This document shows, piece by piece, positions 17,955 through 27,451 of a DNA stretch of 64,000 nucleotides (positions are counted from its first letter, which is position 1; each line of letters starts with the position of its first letter). The stretch is from Patescibacteria group bacterium (GTDB lineage: Bacteria; Patescibacteriota; Minisyncoccia; Phycocordibacterales; Phycocordibacteraceae), in the NCBI GenBank assembly GCA_040388985.1, contig JAZKAU010000002.1:183642-247641 (forward strand). Direction: 5' to 3'. The translations under genes and the position numbers were made by a program. The notes beneath the pieces were generated by a model that did not search any database, had not been told where the DNA came from, and saw only the letters and a list, made by a program, of their open reading frames with translations.

Positions 17955-18518
17955 ATGTTGCGCTCAGACTCGCGGAAAGGATTCACCCTCATCGAGCTCT
18001 TGGTGGTCATCGCTATCATCGGCATCCTTTCCTCCGTCGTGCTCGTGTCACTAAATACTGCCCGCGCCAAGGCGCGCGACGCGGCGCGCATTGCGGATAT
18101 CCGCCAGATACGTAGCGCACTCGAACTCTATTTCCTCACGAACGGGAAGTACCCTATCCCGAAGGATTCGAGCGGACAGGCAGGCGGCGTGTTCTGGAAT
18201 TCTGCCTGCTCGAGTTTCGAATATTCGCCGTCAGCACCGAGTGCTGACTGTTGGAACGGGACTCAGGCAGAGAGCCTGGCAACCCAGCTGCAGCCCTACA
18301 TACCTTCTTTATCCCTGCCCGCTAATAACGGCTCGGTGATCACGAACTGCGCGGCGTCCGGCAGCCGTAATGCCGTATATACCTACGAGAGCGACGGCGT
18401 AAACTATAAGATCTACGCCTTCCTCGAAGCCTCGCCGTGTTCACCCGCCCAGAATGACGGCGGTACGCGTAGCGAAGCGTTCGAACTATTCACGAGCGGA
18501 GGACAAGGGTTCACCTAG
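17955..18518 (+). CDS. type IV pilin / GspG-like prepilin
   Basis: KG|[46 protein letters not shown]. Confidence 0.93.
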   Translation: MLRSDSRKGFTLIELLVVIAIIGILSSVVLVSLNTARAKARDAARIADIRQIRSALELYFLTNGKYPIPKDSSGQAGGVFWNSACSSFEYSPSAPSADCWNGTQAESLATQLQPYIPSLSLPANNGSVITNCAASGSRNAVYTYESDGVNYKIYAFLEASPCSPAQNDGGTRSEAFELFTSGGQGFT

Positions 18519-18583
18519 CGTACTGCACGGACTTTGTACACAGGGCCGCCCGTGCGGGCGGCCCTCTAGCGTATGCTTAGAGC

Positions 18584-19129
18584 ATGACCAAACAAACCAA
18601 AGTATTGCTCGTGATATTAGCAGCGTGTATCGTGCTTGCGCTCGTCGTCTTCCTGGTTATGGGCATGACGCTTTCCACGCCCGAGACGGCTTCCACCACT
18701 CCAGAGATGGCAAGCACATCTTCGACTACTGCTACAGCTAAGGCAGTCGTGCATACAACGATCAAGACCACGTCGTCCACAGTCGTGCAGCCGGGGACTC
18801 CTGTACCGCCACCCACGACTATCTGGAACTTCCATCTCCGCAGCACCGACGCTTCGGGGCAGCAATATACCGACGTTACGCTTACGGCTAACGATAAGGA
18901 CTACGTACTCGGAACGTTCGTCGGCACGTGCAAGACGCTCGCGGATAGCGACCTGAAGGTTGCGAGCGAGATATCCGCCATACAGTGCTTGAGCCAAGGG
19001 AAAGGCGATGAGGTAGGCGTCTTCAAGCAAGGGAATGCGTATGTCGTGAAGAAGGGCACGATCGAGCTCGGCGTTGCTGGCAAGCCTGATACTCACGGCA
19101 CGTTCACGGTCATCCAGACGCTCCCATAA
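18584..19129 (+). CDS. hypothetical membrane-anchored protein with Thr-rich linker
   Basis: N-terminal TM, Thr/Ser/Pro linker, small beta domain with 2 Cys. Confidence 0.7.
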   Translation: MTKQTKVLLVILAACIVLALVVFLVMGMTLSTPETASTTPEMASTSSTTATAKAVVHTTIKTTSSTVVQPGTPVPPPTTIWNFHLRSTDASGQQYTDVTLTANDKDYVLGTFVGTCKTLADSDLKVASEISAIQCLSQGKGDEVGVFKQGNAYVVKKGTIELGVAGKPDTHGTFTVIQTLP

Positions 19130-19248
19130 ACAGATTCATCTTTCAGAGCATAAAGCGTCTACCCGGAAGACGTCTTATGCTTTTGCTGACGAATATCTGC
19201 GGATAGTGTATTTTGATACCGGGAACCACCACCAAAGGGCTTTTAATC

Positions 19249-19506
19249 ATGGCGGACTCTTTATTAGGTACGAGGCTCACCGTGGACACCAAGATCCTTT
19301 TGGGCGAGGTCGGGGAAGTGCCTGAAGCGCCTTCCATCCTTGCGCAAATGGAAGCAGGTGATCACCGCGCCGCGCTCTCAAGCCTCCTCGCTGTGAAGAG
19401 AAGGCTGCAGGGCGCGATCGAAGTGAAGATGCGGACTCTGATCCTCCGCCTCCAGGCGGAGGGGCAAGGTCGCAACGAGCAGGTGAGCTCGGCGCTCATG
19501 ATGTGA
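19249..19506 (+). CDS. small hypothetical protein
   Basis: ORF MADSLLG...SSALMM between flanking genes. Confidence 0.45.
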   Translation: MADSLLGTRLTVDTKILLGEVGEVPEAPSILAQMEAGDHRAALSSLLAVKRRLQGAIEVKMRTLILRLQAEGQGRNEQVSSALMM

Positions 19507-19547
19507 TGGCTGAAAGGGCTCGCCGGCGGCGGGCCCTTTTCGATTTC

Positions 19548-19576
19548 TTGACGTATCTCCCGCTCCCAGGTAGTTT
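19548..19576 (+). promoter_or_regulatory. probable promoter of tuf-rpsJ
   Basis: TTGACG-17 nt-TAGTTT. Confidence 0.5.
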
Positions 19577-19788
19577 TATAGATAACGCGAGTTGGCGCTC
19601 TTTTACATGTTGTTTTGCCCATAGGGGCAGATCGGACTGGTAAAAGGCGCTGCGCGGAGAAAACAATTGCTCGCAATTGTTTGCCCATAAAAGGGACCGT
19701 TCGGCGCTTTTGTCGTTTCCCAACGGACCGGTATTCAAGAGCGCTCGCAGGGTACTTATTCTTTAAATTACCGATAACTTACAAACAT

Positions 19789-20991
19789 ATGGCAGCAGCA
19801 GCATTCGATCGTTCAAAGCCGCACATGAACGTAGGAACCATCGGTCACGTCGACCATGGTAAGACTACGCTCACCGCAGGCATCCTGAACGTCCTCAACC
19901 TTCTCGGGAACGGCTACAAGGCCCGCGCGGAGAACGTCGACAACATCGACAACGCGCCTGAGGAAAAGGCTCGCGGAATCACGATCGCACTCCACCACTC
20001 GGAGTACGAGACCCCGAACCGTCACTACGCACACATCGACGCTCCAGGCCACGCCGACTACATCAAGAACATGATCACTGGTGCCGCTCAGATGGACGGC
20101 GCAGTGCTCGTAGTCGCCGCGACCGACGGCGCGATGCCGCAGACCCGCGAACACATCCTCCTTGCGAAGCAGGTCGGTGTGCCGAAGCTCATCGTCTTCC
20201 TCAACAAGGTAGATATGGTAGATGACAAGGACATGGTGGACCTCGTCGAAGAGGAAATCCGCGAACTTCTCACTAAGCAGGGCTTCGATGGCGCAAATAC
20301 CCCCGTTATCAAGGGCTCGGGTCTCAAGGCTCTCGAAGCGAAGTCGGCAGACGACGAATACGCTCAGAAGGTCAAGGAGCTCGTCGATACGATGGACACC
20401 TACTTCGAGCAGCCGGAGCGCGACCTCGACAAGCCGTTCCTCATGCCTATCGAGGACATCTTCTCGATTGAAGGCCGCGGAACCGTTATCACGGGCCGCA
20501 TCGAGCGCGGCGTCATCAAGGTCGGTGAGGAAGTCGAGATCGTCGGCCTTCAGCCGACCGTCAAGACGACCGTTACCGGTATCGAGATGTTCAACAAGCA
20601 GCTGACCGAAGGTCAGGCTGGCGACAACGCAGGTATCCTCCTTCGCGGTACGAAGAAGGAAGACGTGCACCGCGGTCAGGTCCTCGCCAAGACGGGTTCC
20701 GTGACCCCGCACACCGAGTTCGAGGCAGAGGTCTACATCCTCTCCAAGGACGAGGGCGGACGCCACACGCCGTTCTTCTCGGGCTACAAGCCGCAGTTCT
20801 ACGTCCGTACGACGGATGTGACCGGCGAGGTTACCCTTCCGGACGGAAAGGAGATGGTCATGCCGGGCGACACCGTGACCTTCAAGGTGAAGCTCACCGC
20901 GCCTATCGCGCTTGAGGACAACACCCGCTTCTCGGTTCGCGAAGGCGGTAAGACCGTGGGCGCAGGCGTCGTGACGAAGATCGTCGCCTAA
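19789..20991 (+). CDS. tuf: elongation factor Tu
   Basis: [50 protein letters not shown]. Confidence 0.98.
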   Translation: MAAAAFDRSKPHMNVGTIGHVDHGKTTLTAGILNVLNLLGNGYKARAENVDNIDNAPEEKARGITIALHHSEYETPNRHYAHIDAPGHADYIKNMITGAAQMDGAVLVVAATDGAMPQTREHILLAKQVGVPKLIVFLNKVDMVDDKDMVDLVEEEIRELLTKQGFDGANTPVIKGSGLKALEAKSADDEYAQKVKELVDTMDTYFEQPERDLDKPFLMPIEDIFSIEGRGTVITGRIERGVIKVGEEVEIVGLQPTVKTTVTGIEMFNKQLTEGQAGDNAGILLRGTKKEDVHRGQVLAKTGSVTPHTEFEAEVYILSKDEGGRHTPFFSGYKPQFYVRTTDVTGEVTLPDGKEMVMPGDTVTFKVKLTAPIALEDNTRFSVREGGKTVGAGVVTKIVA

Positions 20992-21013
20992 TATCCCGCG
21001 ATTACTCACTCGT

Positions 21014-21388
21014 ATGGCACCCACACCAACCACCAAAGCCGCGCCGAAGAAAGCTGCTGCAAAGACAGCTGAGACGGTCGCTGAGCCGAAGCTCCGCATC
21101 CGCGTGCGCGCCTACGAGCATAAGATCCTCGACCTCTCGGTGAAGCAGATCATGGATACGGCCAATCGGCTCGATGCCAAGATCGTCGGTCCTGTGCCGC
21201 TTCCGACCGAGATAAAGCGTTGGACTGTGAACCGCTCGACCTTCGTCCATAAGGACGCGCGAGAGCAGTTCGAGATGCGCATCCACAAGCGCCTCATCGA
21301 TATCCTTTCGCCGTCAGGCAAGGTCATCGAGGCGCTTACGAATCTCAATCTTCCTTCGGGAGTTACGATTGATGTGAAAATGGTCTAG
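21014..21388 (+). CDS. rpsJ: 30S ribosomal protein S10 with Ala/Lys-rich N-extension
   Basis: KLRIRVRAYEH, GPVPLPT, REQFEMRIHKRLIDI. Confidence 0.97.
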   Translation: MAPTPTTKAAPKKAAAKTAETVAEPKLRIRVRAYEHKILDLSVKQIMDTANRLDAKIVGPVPLPTEIKRWTVNRSTFVHKDAREQFEMRIHKRLIDILSPSGKVIEALTNLNLPSGVTIDVKMV

Positions 21389-21397
21389 CGCGCTTCC

Positions 21398-21503
21398 AAA
21401 ACTACTGCATCTGCGTTGTTGCGACTTCAAGAATTTCTTCCATCGTACGACTCAGTACGCTTCCAAAAATTCTTTCGTCGCGCCTAGCATCTACAGCAGT
21501 TTT
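21398..21503. repeat. about 106-bp nested palindromic intergenic element (REP/MITE-like)
   Basis: Nested pairs AAAACTACTG/CAGCAGTTTT, GCGAC/GTCGC, AAGAATTT/AAATTCTT, CGTAC/GTACG. Confidence 0.55.
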
Positions 21504-21513
21504 GAAACCGCCT

Positions 21514-21557
21514 AAGCAAAAACAAAGCCGTCCGAAAGGACGGCTTTGTTTTTGCTT
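21514..21557 (+). terminator. terminator with 20-bp arms
   Basis: AAGCAAAAACAAAGCCGTCC-gaaa-GGACGGCTTTGTTTTTGCTT. Confidence 0.8.
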
Positions 21558-21596
21558 TCTCTCCTGTATAGTCATTCTCGGAAGGAGGGTAGGTCG

Positions 21597-22073
21597 ATGA
21601 CGATAGACCCGGACATATTTGATCGGTATCTGACTGCCGCTCGAGAGATCGGAGAGCGATTCTTCGAGGACGATCCACCCATCTTAAGGGGTGCGATGTC
21701 CGTTGCAGCCTGTAGCGGCTTCGTGATTTGCTACCGAGGCGGGCCAGGCGGGATCGTACTCGGCCGCGCGGTCGTCGGTGATCTCAACGATTGCTATCGG
21801 AGCAGATATGGCAAGGCAGCCGAAGCTGCTGCTAGAGATGCGTTCTGGAGCATGAGAGGAATCTCGCGATGCCCTGAGGGAGGCGCTGTGAAAGGGAAGA
21901 ATCACGCTCTGGGTGTCGGCGGTCTTCCTCCGGGCGTGAACGAACTCCTGGCGCTATGTACGCTACGGGAAGAGCATCAGCTCCCGTTGGGGTTCTTCAA
22001 GGCGGTCATAGAAGGACCTGACTATGCCGGAATAGATCTCGATCGGATTCTTCGTCCGACGGCCCGCGGTTGA
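21597..22073 (+). CDS. hypothetical protein, possibly distant GlcG/HbpS-like fold
   Basis: SD GAAGGAGG before MTIDPD; GGAV...LGVGGLP..NELLA loosely resembles the GlcG C-terminal motif (weak). Confidence 0.55.
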   Translation: MTIDPDIFDRYLTAAREIGERFFEDDPPILRGAMSVAACSGFVICYRGGPGGIVLGRAVVGDLNDCYRSRYGKAAEAAARDAFWSMRGISRCPEGGAVKGKNHALGVGGLPPGVNELLALCTLREEHQLPLGFFKAVIEGPDYAGIDLDRILRPTARG

Positions 22074-22141
22074 CGCCAATCTGAAGTATCGCGACAGACA
22101 TCCTCAACGAAAGGGCCGCAGGTGAAGATCTGCGGCCCGAG

Positions 22142-22170
22142 TTGCATTTCCTGATTGCTTCCTATATAGT
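22142..22170 (+). promoter_or_regulatory. sigma70-type promoter of rplC-rplD-rplW-rplB
   Basis: TTGCAT-17 nt-TATAGT, same hexamers as the rpsL promoter. Confidence 0.7.
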
Positions 22171-22316
22171 GCTTGAAACGCTACGAACGGTGCCCGCGAC
22201 CGGTCCAATGGCCCGGATTCTATCAGAAACCGCGCTATTGCTGCGCGTGTTTTATTTTAGTCAGGTCCGCAGGACGACGCTGAAATAAAACAATGCGAAG
22301 GGCATTTTAAAGAAAC

Positions 22317-22949
22317 ATGAAATTCATCCTCGCCAAGAAAGACCGCATGACCCAGATCTTCACGGAAGACGGGCGTGTCTGGGCTGGTACCGTCCTCAAG
22401 ACGGGCCCTTTGACGGTTACCCAGGTGAAGACGGCGGACGGTAAGGACGGATATAACGCGGTGCAGGTCGGTTTCACCGATCAGAAGCCAGGACGCCTCT
22501 CGAAGGCCGTACTCGGGCACCTCAAAGCTTCCGGCGACAAGTCTTTCCAGACGATTAAGGAGTTTCATGTCGAAAATCCTGCTGACTACGAAGTCGGGAA
22601 GGTCATCGGCCTCGACAGCTTCGCGGTAGGTGACGGCGTCACCATCGCCGGAACATCGAAAGGTCATGGTTTCGCCGGTGTCGTGAAGCGTCATGGCTTC
22701 CGTGGCGGTCGCCGCAGCCACGGTCAGAAGCACTCAGAACGCGAGCCGGGATCGATTGGCGGCGGAGGTCGTGCAGGCGGTCGCGTCGCTAAGGGTATGA
22801 AGATGGGCGGTCGCATGGGTAATGACCGCGTTACGGTGAAGAATCTGAAGGTGCTTCATATCGATGCTGACAAGGGCGAGATCATCATCTCGGGAGCTAT
22901 TCCGGGAGCCAAGGGGTCACTGGTCGAGATAACCTCAATGGCTTCGTAA
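22317..22949 (+). CDS. rplC: 50S ribosomal protein L3
   Basis: KDGYNAVQVG, GTSKGHGFAGVVKRHGF, REPGSIG. Confidence 0.97.
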   Translation: MKFILAKKDRMTQIFTEDGRVWAGTVLKTGPLTVTQVKTADGKDGYNAVQVGFTDQKPGRLSKAVLGHLKASGDKSFQTIKEFHVENPADYEVGKVIGLDSFAVGDGVTIAGTSKGHGFAGVVKRHGFRGGRRSHGQKHSEREPGSIGGGGRAGGRVAKGMKMGGRMGNDRVTVKNLKVLHIDADKGEIIISGAIPGAKGSLVEITSMAS

Positions 22950-22959
22950 TTTCTATACT

Positions 22960-23802
22960 ATGGCTACAACTGCAACAAAGAAGACCGCTCCTAAAGCTGC
23001 TCCAAAGGCAGCGGCTAAGACACACCCCGCAGTAGGAACTGCCGGGCACAAGCCTACAAAGAAGGTCGCCGCAAAGACTGCTGCTCCAGCAACAGAGGTA
23101 CAGAAGGTTGAGAAAGTCTCGCCACCGCTCGGCGCTATGGAAGCTACGATCTACGGCATGAACGGCGCTTCGGCCGGCACGCTCAAGCTCCCCGAGGAGA
23201 TTTTCGGCGCGAAGTGGAACGCTGACCTCGTACACCAGGTCGTCATCGGCATGCAGGCAAACGCGCGTCCGACCGTCGCGAACACTAAGTTCCGCAGCGA
23301 AGTCTCGGGCGGCGGTAAGAAGCCGTGGAAGCAGAAGGGAACCGGCCGCGCTCGTCACGGCTCGAGCCGCTCTCCTATATGGCGCGGCGGAGGCGTCACC
23401 CATGGCCCACGTGCGGAGAAAATCTACGCGGTCAAGATCAACCGCAAGATGCGCCTCGCAGCTCTCAAGGTCGTACTCGCTCGCAAGTGGAAGGACGGCG
23501 AAATTATCTTCATCGATCGCCTTACGTTCGACGCGCCGTCGACCAAGCTAGCTAAGGCCGCGATTCTCGCTATCGCGAGCGGTTCCGGAAAGGGAACGCT
23601 TGCAACCAAGCGCGCGAATGCTGCCGTCATAGCTTTCGCGAAGAAGGACACGAATGCCGAGAAGTCGCTACGCAACTTCGGAAGCTTCATCACGGAAGAG
23701 GTGCGCAACCTGAATCCGGTCGACTTGATGAACAAGAAGTATCTGGTCATGAGCGAGCCCGCAGACGCGCTCAAGGTCCTCGCTGAGCGATTCGCCGCAT
23801 AA
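22960..23802 (+). CDS. rplD: 50S ribosomal protein L4 with about 59-aa N-extension
   Basis: RSEVSGGGKKPWKQKGTGRARHGSSRSPIWRGGG. Confidence 0.97.
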   Translation: MATTATKKTAPKAAPKAAAKTHPAVGTAGHKPTKKVAAKTAAPATEVQKVEKVSPPLGAMEATIYGMNGASAGTLKLPEEIFGAKWNADLVHQVVIGMQANARPTVANTKFRSEVSGGGKKPWKQKGTGRARHGSSRSPIWRGGGVTHGPRAEKIYAVKINRKMRLAALKVVLARKWKDGEIIFIDRLTFDAPSTKLAKAAILAIASGSGKGTLATKRANAAVIAFAKKDTNAEKSLRNFGSFITEEVRNLNPVDLMNKKYLVMSEPADALKVLAERFAA

Positions 23803-23813
23803 CACTTACGCAT

Positions 23814-24203
23814 ATGGCACTCTTTTCACCCGACACCAAGAAAACTACGAAGACGTCCTCGAAGACGTCGACTTCAGGCACGCTGAGCCCCGCAATGCGC
23901 AAGGCGCTGACCCACGAGGACGGACGCCTTTCAGGCGTGCTCAAGGCACCATGGTTCTCCGAGAAGGCACTTATCGGTACTGAGCGCGGCGTATACGTCT
24001 TCGAGGTCCCGGGAGACGCTACGAAGCCTCAGATCGCGGCTGCGATCTCGAAGTTCTATAACGTGACGCCGAAGAAGGTCCGCATCGCGAACCTCCCAGC
24101 CAAGAACGTATCGCTTCGCGGACGCCGTGGCCAGGGAACTCGCGCTCGCCGCCACAAGGCATACGTGTACCTGAAGGCAGGCGACACCATCGCGCTCGTG
24201 TAA
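23814..24203 (+). CDS. rplW: 50S ribosomal protein L23
   Basis: PWFSEKA, YVFEV..ATKPQI, KAYVYLK; position between rplD and rplB. Confidence 0.93.
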   Translation: MALFSPDTKKTTKTSSKTSTSGTLSPAMRKALTHEDGRLSGVLKAPWFSEKALIGTERGVYVFEVPGDATKPQIAAAISKFYNVTPKKVRIANLPAKNVSLRGRRGQGTRARRHKAYVYLKAGDTIALV

Positions 24204-24214
24204 GCCAACCACTT

Positions 24215-25057
24215 ATGAAAACCTACAAGCCAACCAGTCCAAGCCGTCGTAACATGACCACGCTCCCGTATAAGGAGCTGCTGTCCGGCCACAAGCCTCT
24301 CAAGAGCCTTCTCTCGACGAAGAAGGATCGTGCAGGCCGCAACAACGCAGGCCGCATCACGACCCGTCATCAGGGAGGAGGTCATAAGCGCCGCTATCGC
24401 GACGTTGATTTTTCCTACAATAAGAAGGACATCCCGGCGAAGCTCGAGACCATCGAGTACGACCCGTATCGCACCGGTTTCATCTCGGTCGCCCTCTACG
24501 CGGACGGCGAGCGCCGCTATGTGCTCGCTCCTAAGGACGCGAAGGTCGGCGATACGTTCATCGTTGGCGCCGATGCTCCGATAAAGCCAGGGAACCGCAT
24601 GCCACTCGGAAAGATCCCATCGGGCACCTTCGTATACAACGTGGAACTCAAGCTCGGTGCAGGCGCACGCCTCGCACGCTCAGCGGGCAACTACGCTGAA
24701 GTCGTCGCACATGACGCAGGCTACGCGCAGCTCAAGCTTCCTTCGAGCGAGATCCGCAAGGTTTCCGATCTCTGCTACGCATCTATCGGCGCGGTCGGAA
24801 ACGAGAACAGTCGTCTCGTTAAGTACGGAAAGGCAGGACGTTCTCGCTGGAAGGGCATCCGTCCTACGGTCCGCGGTACTGCCATGAACCCGGTTGACCA
24901 TCCGCACGGAGGCGGTGAAGGTAAGCAGGGTCGCGGACTCCGCCGAGCGAAGAGCATGTGGGGCAAGCCTACTGGCAAGGGCCAGAAAACGCGCACTCCG
25001 AAGAAGTACTCGAACAAGTCCATCGTCAGCCGCCGAAAGGTTGGCAAGAAGCGATAA
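24215..25057 (+). CDS. rplB: 50S ribosomal protein L2
   Basis: GRNNAGRITTRHQGGGHKRRYR, RPTVRGTAMNPVDHPHGGGEG. Confidence 0.98.
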   Translation: MKTYKPTSPSRRNMTTLPYKELLSGHKPLKSLLSTKKDRAGRNNAGRITTRHQGGGHKRRYRDVDFSYNKKDIPAKLETIEYDPYRTGFISVALYADGERRYVLAPKDAKVGDTFIVGADAPIKPGNRMPLGKIPSGTFVYNVELKLGAGARLARSAGNYAEVVAHDAGYAQLKLPSSEIRKVSDLCYASIGAVGNENSRLVKYGKAGRSRWKGIRPTVRGTAMNPVDHPHGGGEGKQGRGLRRAKSMWGKPTGKGQKTRTPKKYSNKSIVSRRKVGKKR

Positions 25058-25101
25058 GGACGAAAGAAAATCCCCGCAGAAGCGGGGATTTTCTTTCGTC
25101 C
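25058..25101 (+). terminator. terminator with 20-bp arms after rplB
   Basis: GGACGAAAGAAAATCCCCGC-agaa-GCGGGGATTTTCTTTCGTCC. Confidence 0.8.
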
Positions 25102-25132
25102 AAGCGATACGGATGTCTTGTATACTCAACCT

Positions 25133-25555
25133 ATGAATCTCCAGGTAGGCGTAAAAGTGTTTCTAAGGAACAAGGACGACAAGATCTTGCTGGTTAAACG
25201 CTCGTTCGAGAAATATGGGAAGACGGAAGGTGCTTGGGACATCGTGGGCGGACGTATCGATCCGGGAACGCCGCTCATGGAGAACTTGAGGCGAGAAGTC
25301 AGCGAGGAGACGCAGCTCACTATCACCTCCGCGCCAAAGCTCATCGGAGCGCAAGACATCATTCCGAACGACGAGCGGCATATTGTCCGCTTAACGTATG
25401 TTGCGCAGACTGACGGTGAGCCGGTACTCGACCTTTCTGAAAATACAGAATATAAATGGGTCACCTTTCAGGAACTCTCTGAAGAATCAGAGCTTGATGC
25501 CTATGCGAAAGCTCTGGTGCAAACCAATCTCCTCAGCGTCGATTCGTGGGACTAG
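25133..25555 (+). CDS. NUDIX hydrolase
   Basis: GGRIDPGTPLMENLRREVSEETQL Nudix box variant. Confidence 0.88.
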   Translation: MNLQVGVKVFLRNKDDKILLVKRSFEKYGKTEGAWDIVGGRIDPGTPLMENLRREVSEETQLTITSAPKLIGAQDIIPNDERHIVRLTYVAQTDGEPVLDLSENTEYKWVTFQELSEESELDAYAKALVQTNLLSVDSWD

Positions 25556-25579
25556 GGTCCGGTCATATATAGTAGGAGT

Positions 25580-26428
25580 ATGATTCCCGTGAAACAGATC
25601 CGAGAAGACGGCAAGGTATATACGAGCTATCCTGCCGAATTGCGAGAAGCGGTCGCACGAGCAATGAGCGCATGGGAAGCGTTTTGCGCGCTTCCTGAGG
25701 ACCTAAAGACGCAGTTCCCGTACCAGGTTGACGGAGGAGTTAGCGGAACAGGCTATGAACTCAAGAAAGAAAAAGGAGATCTCCTAGATCAAAAAGAGAA
25801 TTTTCACTTGCGGCTCCGAGTACGCGACGAATTGCTCGCGACAGCAAAGTCCATCGGTAGTCCAGAAATACGTGAGTTTGTTGAAGCCAGCCTTGCTCTT
25901 CCGGAACTCATCGCTCCGCTACTCGCGGATTTCGCGCACAGCATGGAGAAGGAATTCGATATGACCGGATTCGCTGACGATGTCGCATACGCCACCCCAT
26001 CACTGCTTCTACGCTTCCTGCATTATTTTGGTGATCAGGAACCCGGAGATGAGATTGCGAGTCCTCATGTCGACAAAGGCGGCTTCACACTTCATCTGTA
26101 CGAAAGTGATAAGGGCGTTGAGCAACTCACGGTCGACGGTACATGGGTTCCTATTCCCGTGTCACACGACCAGACCGTCATCTTCCCTGCGCTCGGTCTC
26201 CAGTATCGGCTTAAGAATCAAGCAAAGGCACTGTGCCATAGAGTAGTAGCTACTCCTGAAAGCGCAAAGCGCGGACGTTTCTCGGCAGTATGCTTCGTTG
26301 ATTTCAGAGGTAACGTGCCATGGGATAAGGAAACATATGGACGGCAACAAGACATGCCGCTTGCTTTCAACTACACCATGCCGTGGGATGAGTTCAAGAC
26401 TCACTTCAGGGAAGATATCTTGAGTTAA
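25580..26428 (+). CDS. 2-oxoglutarate/Fe(II) oxygenase (IPNS-like superfamily)
   Basis: LLRFLHY, HVD (HxD), distal H in ALCHRVV, RFS (RxS). Confidence 0.85.
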   Translation: MIPVKQIREDGKVYTSYPAELREAVARAMSAWEAFCALPEDLKTQFPYQVDGGVSGTGYELKKEKGDLLDQKENFHLRLRVRDELLATAKSIGSPEIREFVEASLALPELIAPLLADFAHSMEKEFDMTGFADDVAYATPSLLLRFLHYFGDQEPGDEIASPHVDKGGFTLHLYESDKGVEQLTVDGTWVPIPVSHDQTVIFPALGLQYRLKNQAKALCHRVVATPESAKRGRFSAVCFVDFRGNVPWDKETYGRQQDMPLAFNYTMPWDEFKTHFREDILS

Positions 26429-27215
26429 GAACGTCTTTCAGGCTCGAAAGGGGGATAGGTAGCAGGACGGTACCGAGCACATACGGGCCCACCTGATAAG
26501 GCGCGAAGACGATGACAAGCTTGCCATCTTCGATATAGAAATTCTGGAAGCTCTCGACTTTCGGAGCGGTACCATACTGTATATCGTCCGTATTGGCACC
26601 GCCCCCATCGCTCTGCTTACTGATTATTGCCGGAAGGTCCGCACGAGCACGCGTTGAGAGTAGATCGAGATATTTCGTGCCAGGAGTGAAGAGGTCAGCA
26701 ATCGTTAGCAGCTGGCCGGTACCCGAGTCGAAGGTGAAGGTCTTGTAGTAGGTATTCGGATGGGCACCGAGGGTATCGCTGAATATCTCATAATCGTAGG
26801 AGAGCGTGGAAGGAGACTTGTGCGTTGTGTAGGCGATAGTGAGCGCATACTTATTTCCTCGGTCGAGTCCCTGCACCTGTATGTCTTGCGGGGTGAGCGA
26901 GTCGAGTTTCGAGTCGCTCTTGAAGCTCGCGATCTGATCGCCCACGTACGCTTCCATGGTTTGCTGCGCCGCGAGTCCGCCTTCCTTCAGAGGAACCGTT
27001 AGAGGATATTTCGCCCGTATCTCATAATACTTCTGCAGATCGATAACGGTCTTGTCAGCGGGAGTCATTTGCGCAGGCGCTGTCGTCGTTGCGATGCTCG
27101 GGGGCAGAGCTACCGGCGCTGGATGGCTCGCCATATACCAGATAATCAAGGCCAGGAATACCACTATAAGTATGCCGGTCACGATAAGGGCATGGTGCTT
27201 ATGCTTGAAGGTCAT
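26406..27215 (-). CDS. RsiV/DUF3298-like membrane-anchored protein
   Basis: N-terminal TM, GAHPNT, TFD..TGQLLTIADLF, NFYI..LVIVFAPYQVGPYVLG. Confidence 0.8.
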   Translation of the reverse strand: MTFKHKHHALIVTGILIVVFLALIIWYMASHPAPVALPPSIATTTAPAQMTPADKTVIDLQKYYEIRAKYPLTVPLKEGGLAAQQTMEAYVGDQIASFKSDSKLDSLTPQDIQVQGLDRGNKYALTIAYTTHKSPSTLSYDYEIFSDTLGAHPNTYYKTFTFDSGTGQLLTIADLFTPGTKYLDLLSTRARADLPAIISKQSDGGGANTDDIQYGTAPKVESFQNFYIEDGKLVIVFAPYQVGPYVLGTVLLPIPLSSLKDVLNSRYLP

Positions 27216-27268
27216 ATCGCTAAAGTATAGCCTATATATTCGGCCATCTTTGCCAAAATCAAGACTTC

Positions 27269-27297
27269 TTGCAAAAAGCTGGCGCCCGGTATACATT
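27269..27297 (+). promoter_or_regulatory. promoter of the rpsS-rplE segment
   Basis: TTGCAA-17 nt-TACATT. Confidence 0.6.
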
Positions 27298-27451
27298 GTA
27301 CCTACCTCGCGGTTGGCCGCGGGCTTTTAATTAGCGCGTTTCACACAGGTTTTAATTACGGTCCGAATCCGCTCCCCTGAAACCCAGGTCGCAGATTCGG
27401 ACAGGTAAGGGTTTCTAATCTCGCCTGCGGCTCGCTAACAAACACCTAACA

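Noticed and set aside
15166-21099. Long minus-strand ORFs opposite fusA and tuf (316, 351, 428 aa) and similar ones opposite ribosomal genes
   Set aside because: Antisense open frames expected from biased codon usage in GC-rich, highly expressed genes.
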